DNA from: Somniosus microcephalus
Taxonomy: Eukaryota
Direction: 5' to 3'
NCBI GenBank assembly: GCA_052327205.1
Contig: CM126204.1
Coordinates: forward strand, 187,922,001-187,986,000
DNA length: 64,000 bases
Shown here: positions 12,981 through 24,949 of the stretch, piece after piece
Layout of the letters: each line of letters starts with the position of its first letter
Numbering within the stretch: position 1 is the stretch's first letter
The notes under the pieces: model-generated
The model's input: the letters and a program-made list of their open reading frames with translations, nothing else
What the model was told of the DNA's origin: nothing
The model's database searches: none
Made by a program: the position numbers and the translations under genes

Positions 12981-14923
12981 GGCCCAGAAATTCGGGTCTC
13001 CACGGGTGAGTACGCACGGGGTACTCACCCGTAGGCCGAATGGAATTGCCGGTTTCCTGCATGCACTGCGCATGCGCGGGAAACTGGCACTTCCGATCCT
13101 CTGAACGAAGGGGTTCAGAGGTCAAACGCGTGCGCAGGGGAGGCTGCGCGTGCGCTTTGAACTTCGTTTTTTTTCCAGGTTTTTCCAGGAGGGTAAGCCT
13201 GCAGGATTTACACATTTAAAAAGCAGGCGTAAGGCCTGCTTTTTGCAAGGTAAGTGGTCAATTAATTAAAATTTAAAATTTTTTCCACGGGTTTATTATT
13301 TTTAAATACTTTAAAGCAAGGTAAGTTTATTTTTAGCCCCGTTATGATATAAAATTATTTTTTTCAAAAATTAAAATTATTGTTTAAAATAGTTATTTAA
13401 TGTAATTTATAGTTTACCAGCTTAAGTGCCCGGCGGTGCCGAGGCTTTCTCGAGGGCATGTTGTTGTTGGAAGAGAGAGAGAGAGAACGACTGGGGGGGG
13501 GGGGAGGGAGGGCGGGGAGGAGAAGGGAGGGTGGGGAAGGGAGGGCGGGGGGGGAAGGGAGAAGGGGGGAAGGGAGGGGGGAGGGGGGGAAGGGAGGGCG
13601 GGGGGAAGGAAGGGAGGGGGGAAAGGGGGGGGAAAAGGGGGGGAAGGCAGGGCGGGGGGAAGGGAGGGGTGGGGGGAGGGGGGAGGGGGAGGGAGGGCGG
13701 GGGGGAGGGAGGGTGGGGGGCCCCCCCGAGGGTCGCGCCCCCCCCCCGAGGGTCGCGGCCCCCCCCCCCGAGGGTTGCGGCCCCCGCAGAGGGTCGCGCC
13801 CCCCCCCCCCCGAGGTGAAGACTGCCGATTGCGGCTGTGCGAGACGGCCGGCGGGCCCGGTTGCCAGGGTAACCATTGACGCTCAGCAAGCCCCGCCCCC
13901 CGGCCGAGCCAGAGAGAGACGCCGCGTCTCAGCTCCTGCTGCGCGCGCACCCTTTAGTAAGGCAGCGGCGCTGGGCTGAGGCCCGCCCCTGCAGCCTTCG
14001 AGTGGGGCCGGGAGGTGCCTAGCTCGGGCGTGGGTGCGGAGGAGAAGCCGAGGCTTCGAGGCCTACCTGGAAAAACGGGGAAAGGTCAGAAAATTAATGA
14101 GATTAGATAAGTTAATTCGTTTCTAAATCATTTTTTTAAAAAACAATATGTGTTTTAAAAGCAACGTTTTTTTTAAAGACGCAGAAAGCGGGAAAAAGAA
14201 ATGAAAAGTTTGGAATCAAGATGGCGGCGACTCACCTCGGTTCAGAACGATAAGGCCCGGCCACACACGCACCGATTGGCCCGGCGGCACACGCCAGCAA
14301 CCCGGCGTACGATTGGTCGAGCTCGAGGTCACTCTGTCGCTAATGAGCGGATAATGAGATGCTAATGAGCAGAATGTTAAGGTTTTTCGGATACCACGGG
14401 CGCGATTTTAGCCCGGCCGAAACGTAAATACGCTTAAAACCGTCTCGGAAGCGTAAGCTTTCTTTGGAGGTAACGCGCGTGTAGGTACGCCCTGTAACTT
14501 TCGAGCACATAGCCCGCCAGACGCACACGCGATGACAGACAGAATGACAGAATGACAGATAGACAGAATGACAGATCGACCGATTTATATATATAGATTT
14601 AAAAAGTGTGATTAAAAAAAAAAATTATTTGAAGGTTTACTGCTATTTTGGGCCCGTAGTATTTATAAGTTTTGACAGGTCTACCTGTCAATCTTATGAA
14701 TGGGCTTTTCCCTCCTCCGATTGGCTGCCCATGGCTCATGTGATCCCAGGGGACGCATCGCACTAACTACACCCCTGGGACACGCAAGCACAGCGCGCCG
14801 GCAGCTGGGCCAGGTCCCGGAGCAGAATTCCACGGGGCCCTACAGCTCAACTGCCGGCGCGCAAGTTAAGTGCAGGTCGGGGGCTTGCACCCGCGGGAAA
14901 CTCCCGACCCGAATTTCTGGGCC
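12981..14923. mobile_element. Non-autonomous Harbinger-type element (MITE)
   Basis: 18-bp TIR GGCCCAGAAATTCGGGTC / GACCCGAATTTCTGGGCC. TSD AAT (12978-12980 and 14924-14926). Removing it restores the CR1 sequence CCACATAATAGGCTTG. Confidence 0.92.
13417..14597 (-). mobile_element. Non-autonomous Helitron (copy 1)
   Basis: Minus strand reads A|TCTATATA...CTGG|T (5'-TC, 3'-CTRR, A^T target, no TSD). Subterminal hairpin CGGC-GGT-GCCG. GACA microsatellite near the 5' end. Homologous to 26325-29942. Confidence 0.85.
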
Positions 14924-15703
14924 AATAGGCTTGCCAGCAAAGTTGAAGCCCATGGATTAAAGGGGACAGTGGCAGCATGGATATGAAATTGGCTAAGTGA
15001 CAGGAAACAGAGAGTAGTGGTGAGTGGCTGTTTTTCAGACTGGAGGAAGGAGTGGTGTTCCCCAGGGTTCGGTTCTAGGACCACTGCTTTTCTTGATATA
15101 TATTAATGACTTGGACTTGGGTGTACAGGGCACAATTGCAAAATCTGCAGATGACACAAAACTTGGAAGTATATTGAACAGTGAGGAGGGTAGTGATAGA
15201 CTTCAAGAGGACATAGACAGGCTGGTGGAATGGGCGGACACGTGGCTGATGAAATTAAAGCAGAAAAGTGTGAAGTGATACATTTTGGTAGAAAGAATGA
15301 GGAGAGCAAATATAAACTCAAGGTTACAATCCTAAAGGGGGTGCACGAACAGAGAGACCTGGGGATTCAAATCGTTGAAGGAGGCAGGGCAGGTTGAGAA
15401 AGCAGTTAAAAAAGCTTACGGGATCCTGGACTTCATGAATAGAGGTGTAGAGTACAAAAGCGTGGTAATTATGATGAACCTTTATAAAACACTGGTTTGG
15501 CTTCAACTGGAGTATTGTGTCCAATTCTAGGCACTGCACTTTAGGAAGGATGTGAAGGCCTCAGAGAGGGTGCAGAAAAGATTTATGAGAATGATTCCTG
15601 GGATGAGAGACTTCAGTTACGTGGATAGACTGGAGAAGCTAAGGTTGTTCTCCTTAGAACAGAGAAGATTGAGAATAGATTTGATAGAGGTGTTCAAAAT
15701 CAT

Positions 15704-16393
15704 GTGCACCAGTCGCTGAAGGTAAGCATGCAGGTGCAGCAGGCGGTTAAGAAGGCAAATGGTATGTTGGCCTTCGTAGCAAGAGGGTTCGAGTACAGGA
15801 ACAAGGATGTCTTGCTACAGTTGTACAGGGCCTTGGTGAGACCGCACCTTGAGTATTGTGTGCAGTTTTGGTCGCCTTACCTGAGGAAGGACGTTCTTGC
15901 CATGGAAGGAGTGCAGCGAAGATTCACCAGGCTGATACCTGGGATGGCAGGAATGACGTATGAGGAGAGATTGTGTCGATTGGGCTTATACTCACTGGAG
16001 TTTAGAAGATTGAGAGGGGATCTCATCGAAACCTATAAAATTCTGTCAGGCCTGGACAGACTAGATGCAGGAAGGATGTTTCTGATGGCCGGGGAGTCCA
16101 GAACCAGGGGTCATAGTTTAAGGATAAAGGGTAAGCCATTTAGGACTGAAATGAGGAGGAATTTCTTCACCCAGAGAGTGGTGAACCTGTGGAATTCTCT
16201 GCCACAGAGGGCGGTGGAGGCCAGTTCATTAAATATATTCAAGAGTTGAATATATTTCTTAAGGCTAAAGGGATATGGGGAGAAGGCAGGGACAGGGTAC
16301 TGAATTTGGATGATCAGCCATGATCTCATTGAATGGCGGAGCAGGCTCGAAGGGCCGAATGGCCTACTCCTGCTCCTATCTTCTATGTTTCTA
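15704..16393 (+). mobile_element. Younger 5'-truncated CR1 inserted in the older CR1
   Basis: ORF 15704-16249 (RPHLEYCVQFWSP) and TTCTATG tail. The host CR1 resumes at ATGAGGGGTCTGGAC. Confidence 0.9.
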
Positions 16394-16705
16394 TGAGGGG
16401 TCTGGACAGAGTAGATAGAGAGAAACTGTTCCCATTGGCGGAAGGGTCGAGAACCAGAGGACACAGATTTAAGGTGATTTGCAAAAGAACCAAAGGTGAC
16501 ATAAGAAAAAACTTTTTTACGCAGCGAGTGGTTAGGATCTGCAAGTCACTGCCTGAAAGAGTGGTGGAGGCAGATTCAATCGTGGCTTTCAAAAGGGCGG
16601 GGGGAGTGGGACTAGCTGAAGTGCTCTTGCAGAGAGCCGGCACAGGCTTAATGGGCCGAATGGCCTTCTTCTGTGCTGTAACCATTCCATGCTTCTATGA
16701 TTCTG

Positions 16706-16870
16706 AGATGCTTCTTAAAACCTACCTCTTTGACCAAGCTTTTGGCCATCTGCCCTTATATCTCTTTATGTGGCTCAGTGTCAAATTTTGTTTGATAACG
16801 TCCTATGAAACGCCTTGGGACGTTTTACTACGTCAAAGGCCGTATATAAATACAAGTTGTTGTTGTTGTT
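16706..16870 (+). mobile_element. L2 LINE 3' end (second half)
   Basis: CTTAAAACCTACCTCTTTGACCAAGC...TATATAAATACAAG(TTG)n is the L2 tail. Confidence 0.85.
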
Positions 16871-16884
16871 ACCTGATGGATTCA

Positions 16885-17174
16885 GCCCTTGTCACCTCAT
16901 TTCACCTCCCAGGTTTCCCGAGGCCAGGGAAACCCGGCCGCTTGTGGTTAAATATAGAATCACTGTTAAGATGAAGGAACGTAGCCTGATTAAAATATTT
17001 AAATGACCAACCTTCCTCCTGCAAGCGGATTGGTCGCCCGTCCCACGTCCCGCCTCCATTAAAACTGGAAGTAGGCGGGTTCGAGGTGGGTTGGGTTCTT
17101 GTTTCAGATTTTTTAAAATTTTAACCGCAGACCCTACCCCAACCCACTCATTTTTGGGAGTTAAAATTCAGTCC
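16885..17174 (-). mobile_element. Partial Harbinger-like MITE
   Basis: Reverse-complement homology to 31391-31680. Ends in GTTAAAATTCAGTCC. Confidence 0.6.
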
Positions 17175-17372
17175 TATGTCTCTAATAACAGTTTCTCGTA
17201 ACTGCCCCACAACTGACGTTAGACTAACAGGCCTATAATTCCTAGTTTATCTCTCTTACCCTTCTTAAATAATGGAGTAACATTGCCAGTTTACCAATAA
17301 AAGGGGACAATTCCTGAATCGAGAGTGTTTTGGAAGATCATGACTAACGCTGCAACAATTTCATCACCTACT

Positions 17373-19270
17373 TAGAAACATAGAAACATTGAAAAATAGG
17401 AGCAGGAGTAGGCCATTCGGACCTTCGAGCCTGCTCCGCAATTCAATATGATCATGGCTGATCCTCTATCTCAATACCATATTCTCGCTCTCTCCGCATA
17501 CCCCTTGATGCCTTTTGTGTCTATAAATCTATCTATCTCCTTCTTAAATATATTCAGTGACTTAGTCTCCACAGCCTTCTGTGGTAGAGAATTCCACAGG
17601 TTCACCACCCTCTGAGTGAAGAAATTTCTTCTCATCTCAGTCCTAAATGTCCTACCCCGTATCCTGAGACTGTGACTCCTCGTTCTAGACCCCCCAGCCA
17701 GGGGAAACATCCTCCCTGCATCCAGTCTGTCTAGCCCTGTCAGAATTTTATACGTTTCAGTGAGATCCCCTCTTATTCTTCTAAACTCTAGTGAATACAG
17801 GCCTAGTCGACCCAATCTCTCCTCATACGACAGTCCTGCCATCCCAGGAATCAGTCTGGTGAACCTTCGCTGCACTCCCTCTATGGCAAGTATATCCTTT
17901 CTTAGGTAAGGAGACCAAAACTGCACACAGTACTCCAGGTGTGATCTCACCAAGGCCCTGTATAACTGTAGTAAGACATCCTTGCTCCTGTACTCAAATC
18001 CTCTTGCAATGAAGGCCAACATACCATTTGCCTTCCTAACTGCTTGCTGCACCTGCATATTTGCTTTCAGTGACTGGTGTACAAGGACACCCAGGTCCCT
18101 CTGTACATCAGCATTTCCCAATCTATCACCATTTAAATAATACTCTGCCTTTCTGTTTTTCCTACTGAAGTGGATTACTTCACATTTATCTACGTTATAC
18201 TGCATCTGCCATGTATTTGCCCACACACTCAACTTGTCTAAATCGCCTTGAAGCCTCTTTGCATCCTCCTCACAACTCACAATCCCACCTAGTTTTGTGT
18301 CATCAGCAAACTTGGAAATATTACATTTGGTTCCCTCATCCAAATTATTGATATATATTGTGAATAGCTGGGGCCCAAGCACTGATCCCTGCGGTACCCC
18401 ACTAGTCACCGCCTGCCATCCTGAAAAAGACCCATTTATTCCTACTCTCTGTTTCCTGTCTATTAACCAATTTTCAATCCATGCCAATATATTACCCCCA
18501 AACCCATGTGCTTTAATTTTGCACACTAACCTCTTATGTGGGACTTTATCAAAGGCCTTCTGAAGATCCAAATACACCGCATCCACTGGTTCTCCCTTAT
18601 CTATTCTACCAGTTACATCCTCAAAAAACTCCAGTAGGTTTGTCAAACACGATTTCCCTTTCATAAATCTATGTTGACTTTCTCTAATCCCATTGATATT
18701 TTCTAAGTGTCCTGTTATCGCATCCTTTTTAATAGACTCTAGCATTTTCCCTACTACTGATGTTAGGCTAACTGGTCTGTAGTTCCCTGTTTTCTCCCTC
18801 CTTTTTTAAATAGCGGGGTTACATTTACCACCCTTCCATCTGCAGGAACTGTTCCATAATCTATAGAATTTTGGAAGGTGACAACCAATGCACCCACTAT
18901 TTCCATGGCTACCTCTTTTAGTACTCTGGGATGCAGATTATCAGGCATTAGGGATTTATCAGATTTCAGTCCCATTAATTTCTCCAGCACTATTTTTTTA
19001 CTAATACTAATTTCTTGGTTCTTTTTTGCTGAACTCTAAACTGCTCCCAATCCTCAGGCTTGCTACTTTTTCTGGCAACTTTATATGTCTCCTCTTTGGA
19101 TCTACTACTATCCTTAATTTCTTTTGTTAGCAGTGGTTGGGCCACTTTTCCTTTTTTGTTTTTGTGCCAGAAAGGAATGTATAACTGTTGCAATTCATGC
19201 ATTCATTCCTTAAATGTTAGCCATTGCCTATCCACCGTCATGCCTTTTAATGATGCTCTCCAATCTATCA
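17373..19270 (-). mobile_element. CR1 LINE (RT and 3' end), inserted in an older CR1 remnant (17176-19520)
   Basis: Intact 424-aa ORF 17471-18745 (QGSVLGP, FADD). (TAGAAACA)n tail at 17373. Frameshift and internal deletion upstream. Confidence 0.93.
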
Positions 19271-19939
19271 TCACCTACTTCTTTAACATCCTAGGCTGGA
19301 AACCATCAGCTCCGGGAGATTTGTCTATCTTTAATCTCATTAGTTGCTCCATCACCATGTTTTTTCACTTCTGTTGAATCTAGTTAGTTCCTCCCCTTGA
19401 TTTATTTTTATTTTTCCTTGTGTCTCTGGTATTTTATCCTCATCCTCTACAGTGAGACCAATACAAAATCGCTATTCAGTAAGTCTGCCATTTCCTGATA
19501 TCCAATTCTAATGAGGAGTAACACAACGTTCTTTCTTGGTTGGGCCATGACGTGCACTTCAAGTGATTTTGAAATCAGCTCAGATCTCCACAGGAAGAGT
19601 TCCAAACTCTCCAAGTGTTTTTATCTTCAGGGCTGCCCCTCAACTGGGGCATTGAAGTTTGTGGTGATCGATTTGACACACATTTAGTAGCCCCCTTGAT
19701 TTGTGGTGGACTACTGTGACAGTTGGCCAAGTTTAATAACTGGGAACAATCCTTGAGTGAATTCCCCCCCCTCTCCATCCTTGATTGTCATTCTTGGGTA
19801 CTGTTCTCCTCCATGACCGCCACTCTTAGTTTTACACTGATTACATCAGCTCAGCATTCCTGAGAGTGGGTCTCATAACAAAAGCTGTCCTTACAAGTAC
19901 AGAAAAGCTAAATATATAGTCATCAAACAGACTATCTAT

Positions 19940-21330
19940 TAGAAGATTAGAACTGCCCAAGGGAAAGATGGGCACAGATTTGGGACATTACAGCTCGTTC
20001 AATAACTTTGGAGAGGAAAGGGAGGTTGGAGATGGGGGTGGTAGTTTGCATGGACGGAGGGGTCAATGCCAATGTTTCCTTTAAGTTGCGTCACCGCACA
20101 GCGCTCCAAGGAACCTGTGCAGCCGGTTTTTCAATGCAAATACCAGGCGATGCATGGTATTTTGAATGGCCCGCGCAGCCCCTTAAAGGAGTTGTGCGGT
20201 GTCAAAAATAATTACAGGGAACATTGGTCAAGGGTTGTTTTTTGAGAAGAGGGGTGATGATATCAGATTTGAAGGAGAGGGGGACAGTACCTGAGGAGAG
20301 AGAACTGTTAACAATATCAGCTAATGTGCCAGGAAGGGAAGTTGGGTGGTCAGCAGTTTAGTAGGAATAGGGTCGAGGGAGCAGGAAGTCAGTCTCATTG
20401 ACAAGATGAGCTTTGAAAGGGCAAGACGGGAGATAGGAGAGAAATTAGAGAAATAAGCAAATTAGCGTTAGGGCAGGGGGAAAACGGAGAGGAAGTAAGG
20501 CCCGGTGGCTAGGGAAGGGAGGGAAGTAGCAGAGGCAGTTGAACGGATGTTCTTGATCTTTTTAACTAAGAAGTCCATGAGCTCCTTACTTTTATTGTTG
20601 GAGGTGAGGGAGGAGGAGCAGAGGAGGCTGGTTTGAGAAGACGGTTTGTGGTGGAGAAGAGAAGCCTGGTGTTATTTTTGCAGTCCTGGATGATCTTAGA
20701 ATAGTGGGCAGTTTTAGTGATGGAGAGCAGGACCCGGTAGTGCTTTATATGATTCAGCCATATCTGGTGATGGATGATTAGACCAGTTGTCTGCCAAAGA
20801 CATTCAAGTCTGCGTCCCTTGGACTTAAGGGAGTGGAGATGAGGGGTATACTGGGGGAACAACTAGGGTGAGAGAGTGTAATGATTTTAGTGGGGACAAG
20901 GGCATCAAAGGTGGTGGAGAGGGTGTAATTTAGCAAGTCAGTAGCTGCAGAGATGTCATGAAGAATTGTAGGCCAAAGGCTAGGTAGTTGGGAATTAGAA
21001 AGTGCAGTGGTAGGACTTGAGGGAGAGTTTTTTCCAGGGGCGGACACAAAAAGAAGTGGGGTTGGGAGGGGGAAGGGGAATATGGGTAGAGAGTGATATA
21101 AGGAAATAGTCGGAGATTGCCTTATCGCTGATGGTTACAGTGGGGATAGCGAGGCCAGCTGAGATGATAAGATCGAGGGGGTGGCCATGTATATGGGTGA
21201 GGGAGTTTACATGAAGGGAGAGATTAAGGGAGGAAAGGAGGGCAATGACTTCAGGGGAGAGGGAGCAAGAAGAGTTGAGGTGGAGGTTGAAATCACCGAG
21301 GATGAGAAGTCGCTCGGTGCAGAGGCAGAG
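19940..21330 (-). mobile_element. Degenerate L2 LINE internal fragment
   Basis: Purine-rich plus strand. Minus-strand endonuclease remnant (LILGDFNLH) and L2-like linker peptides in ORFs 20566-20862 and 20778-21047. Confidence 0.75.
20070..20226. mobile_element. hAT-type MITE (157 bp)
   Basis: TIR CAATGTTTCC / GGGAACATTG. Degenerate 8-bp TSD GTCAATGC / GTCAAGGG. Inverted homolog at 41930-42096. Confidence 0.75.
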
Positions 21331-21826
21331 GTTATAAATCTCATAAGTGTCTTTTTTTAATCACAAAAGGTAACAGCTCTTTACAAAAACTATTTTACTG
21401 CATTGAAAATGCTTTACAAAAACTTTATGAACTCCTACCTATTATCACATGTTGCACCCGAGGTAGCACCGCTTATTTTGATTTTCCTTTTCCTTTTTTG
21501 ACATGACTAAAAGACGGATATAATTGTCAAAAAGGAAACCCTCCTTGTAATCTCCTGTCAAATATTAGTGGCATATGAACTCATGACCTAATATCCCTCT
21601 AGGAAAAATACCGTAGTAAAATGTAAATCTAGGCAACAATGAACAAATTTAAACGCTCTACAAGGAAATATTAACAAATCCCTGGGTTCCGTGAACCAAT
21701 GGAGATTACGCTGAACTGGAAAAACAGAAGTCCACGGAGCTTGAAAGCCTGGTGAATGCAAAATGCAATTATTTGCACAAGTTGCTTCTCCTGTCAGGGC
21801 TGGTTCTCAGTCCAATGAAGTATTAG

Positions 21827-22619
21827 GGGGGAGAAATTCGGTATCGCCCCGTTTGGGGCGCAATTATCGGCTGGGCGCAATGTTTAGATTGGAGTGCTAA
21901 ATCAGGCGCTACACACCTCTCTTAAGGTGCAAAGGCCGAGGAGCGAGGTGCTACCTCAGAGCGCTGATGAAGCTCATGTGATGTCAGTCAGCAATGGAAC
22001 ACAGACACACTGGCGCTGGCCAGTTCTTAAAGTGGAGGGTTGATGTTGCTCTCCATCCACACCCTGCTCATTGCAGCCTGTACATCAAATCTGCTGGAAA
22101 GAACAATGGAGAGGCCCAGGGAAAGAGCTCAGAGTGCAGCCCCCATAGTCTCTTCTAAATCAATGCAAGGAAGGTCAAATCAAAATGAACCTGCAAAGTG
22201 CTGCTCAGTACCCAAAACTCCTTCACACAGCGTTGAATCTCTCCAGAAGTCTCTCTCTCTCAGAAAGTGTGGTGCAAAAATGTTGCTGACAAAAAAAGGC
22301 AGGAAGCGGCCGCCTTTAAATAGCTCTCCTCCAGTCCCGTCCCGACTGCAAAATGTTCCCATCTACCTGTCATTGCTAGCAGCAGGTGGAAAGGCAGGGG
22401 GCGCCACTAAATATCCGGTCCGGGGCGCTATCGGGGCGTTGCACGCTCGACTGACGTCACGATCTGCGGGCGCAGGAGATCGTGGCGGTAGTGTTTAGCG
22501 CTGTCGCAAAATGTCTGGTCAATTTCGTGAGCGGCAAAAACATTGTCGCGCCCGGGCGCTAGTTGTTTTGCCCTAAGAGGGCGCTAACGGGAGGTGCAAA
22601 GCAAACAAATTTTTCCCCC
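21827..22619. mobile_element. Harbinger-type MITE
   Basis: TIR GGGGGAGAAATT / AATTTTTCCCCC and TSD TAG. Internal remnant MERPRERA resembles a Harbinger Myb gene start. Confidence 0.75.
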
Positions 22620-23017
22620 TAGGTGTTTTCACCTTACTAAATAATCTTGGAAATGTGCACCCAAGCCTTACAGATCTGTCACTAAACTTCCACTGTGACA
22701 GATAAAGAATTCAGAGAAAGTGAATCAAACTGCGGCATATTACAGCGGGGCCGGGGGCCGCGACTGGATCCAGCCAATTGCTCCAGGGAAAAGCTCATCT
22801 CACAAGCCAAGGGGGACGGGGCTGTGCGACAGGTCCCGCATAATGGGCTGGATCCTGGCCGCTGGGTGGGCCCCGACTCTATCGAGTGCTCAGTGTGACG
22901 CGTTGGATCTTTCTTGTCTGCGCCCGGCCTGTTTTCTCAGGAGCGCTGAGCCGATCGCTGGAGGCCTCGTTCCCGGTAACTAAATATTACTTAGTAATTA
23001 GCCTCCCCCACCCCGCC

Positions 23018-24535
23018 AACCCGGGGCCCGCTCAGCGGCCGGGATCTACCCACTGGGGCCCATCCAGCGGCCGGGATCTACCCCCGGGGCCCGCCAAATG
23101 GCCGGGATCTACCCCCCGGGGCCCTCCCCCTGTGGCCGGGATCTACCCCCTGGGGCCTACCCAATGGCTGGGATCTACCCCCCCGGGGCCCGCCGAATGG
23201 CCGGGATCTACCTCCCGGGGCCCGCCCAGAGGCCGGGATCTACCCCCGGGACCCGCCCAGAGGCCAGGATCTATCCCCCGGGGCCCTCCCCCTGTGGCCA
23301 GGATCAACCCCGGGGCCCACCCAGAGGCTGGGATGTACCCCCCCCCCAGGGCCCCGCCCAATGGCCGGGATCTACCACCCGGGGCCCGCCCAGAGGCCGG
23401 GATCTACCCGCCGGGGCCCTCCCCCTGTGGCCGGGATCTACCCCCAGGGCCTGCCCAGAGGCTGGGATCTAACCCCCGGGGCCCGCCCAATGGCGGGACC
23501 TACCCCCCGGGGGCCCCCAAAGAGGCCGGGATCTACCCCCCGGGACCCACCCAGAGGCCAGGATCTACCCCCGTGGCCCCCCCCCCCCTGTGGCCAGGAT
23601 CAACCCTGGGGCCCGCCCAGAGGCCGGGATCTAGCCCCTGGGGCCCCGCCCAATGGCCGGGATCTACCACCGGGGCCCTCCCGCTGTGGCCGGGATCTAC
23701 CCCCTGGGGCCCGCCCAATGGCCGGGCTCTACCGCCCCGGGGCCCGCCCAATGGCCGGGATCTACCACCAGGGCCCTCCCCCTGTGGCCGGGATCTACCC
23801 CCGGGGCCCGCCCCCTGTGGCTGGGATCTACCCCCTGGGGCCCGCACAATGGCCGGGATCTAACCCCAGGGCCCGCCCAGCGGCCGGGATCTACCCCCGG
23901 GGCCCGCCCAATGGCCGGGATCTACCCCCGGGGCCCGCCCAGAGGCCAGGATCTACCCCCCGGGACCCACCCAGAGGCCGGGATCTACCCCCCGGGGCCC
24001 TCCCCCTGTGGCCAGGATCTACCCCCTGGGGCCCACCCAATGGCCAGGACCTACCCCCCAGGGCCCGCCCAGAGGCCGGGATCAACCCCCGGGGCCCTCC
24101 CCCTGTGGCCAGGATCTACCCCCTGGGGCCCACCCAGAGGCCTGGATCTACCCCTGGGGCCCAACCCCTGTGGCTGGGATCTACCCCCTGGGGCCCGCCT
24201 CCTGTGGCCGGGATCTACCCACTGGGGCCCACCCAGAGGCCGGGATCTACCCCTGGAGCCCGCCCCCTGTGGCCGGAATCTACACCCTGGGGCCTGCCCC
24301 CTTTGGCTGGGATCTACCCCCTGGGGCCCGCCTCCTGTGGCCGGGATCTACCCCCTGGGGCCCACCCAGAAGCCGGGACCTACCCCCGGGGCCCTCCCCC
24401 TGTGGCTGGGACCTACCCCCGGGGCCCACCCAAAGGTCGGGATCTACCCCTGAGGCCCGCCCCCTGTGGCCGGGATCTACCCACCAGGGCCCACCCCCAG
24501 TGGCCAGGATCTACCCCCCGGGGCCCGCCCAGTGG
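23018..24535. repeat. GC-rich minisatellite, ~31-33-bp unit (GGCCGGGATCTACCCCCGGGGCCCGCCCAGA and variants)
   Basis: Directly visible tandem array of roughly 45 units with AAT/AGA/CTGT variants. Confidence 0.95.
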
Positions 24536-24949
24536 CAGTAATGCAGCCCCCATGTGTTGTGTGATAGGCTTTTCTCTGGAGGAGTTGGCCGGATCTAGTC
24601 ATGGCCCCACTCTGCTGTAATTAGCCACGGTGGGAGTTTGGTGAACAGCCTGGGCCTGGTTACTTACAGTGAAATGAATCGGTTAATGCACGGCCCCGAG
24701 TGTGGCTGTGGAACAGCGCTGGCAGCTTGACGATATTATTCTAATAAGGCCCGAACATCGGGAAAAGAGCCCGCCTCTTTCATGGGCAACACACGTGTGT
24801 GAGAGTTCAGAAAAAATATTGAGAGATTTCGGTTTTCTATTGCGAGAACATGAGTGAGGCTTCATTTCACTCAGAAATCGCATCTCTCATGATAGATTCG
24901 CGAGAGTTGGCATGTCTATATAATGCAGCAATTCACTTTAATTTTCGTT

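Larger units (their letters stand above)
10242..16705 (+). mobile_element. Degenerate near-full-length CR1 LINE (SGNH esterase ORF1 + ORF2), interrupted twice
   Basis: ORF1 motifs VGDSIVRG, GTND and DGLHLN. ORF2 motifs YVNARS, MGDFN, SDH and QGSVLGP, with many stops. Interrupted at 12981-14923 and 15704-16393. Confidence 0.9.

Noticed and set aside
13397-13979. Proline- or glycine-rich ORFs
   Set aside because: Low-complexity G-rich tract inside the Helitron.
19520-19860. Possible SENP6 exon in unique-looking sequence
   Set aside because: No recognisable SENP6 peptide or consistent splice sites.
22886-24620. Collagen-like Pro/Gly ORFs and a CRISPR-like periodic array
   Set aside because: Tandem minisatellite without unique spacers, no cas genes, and eukaryotic context.
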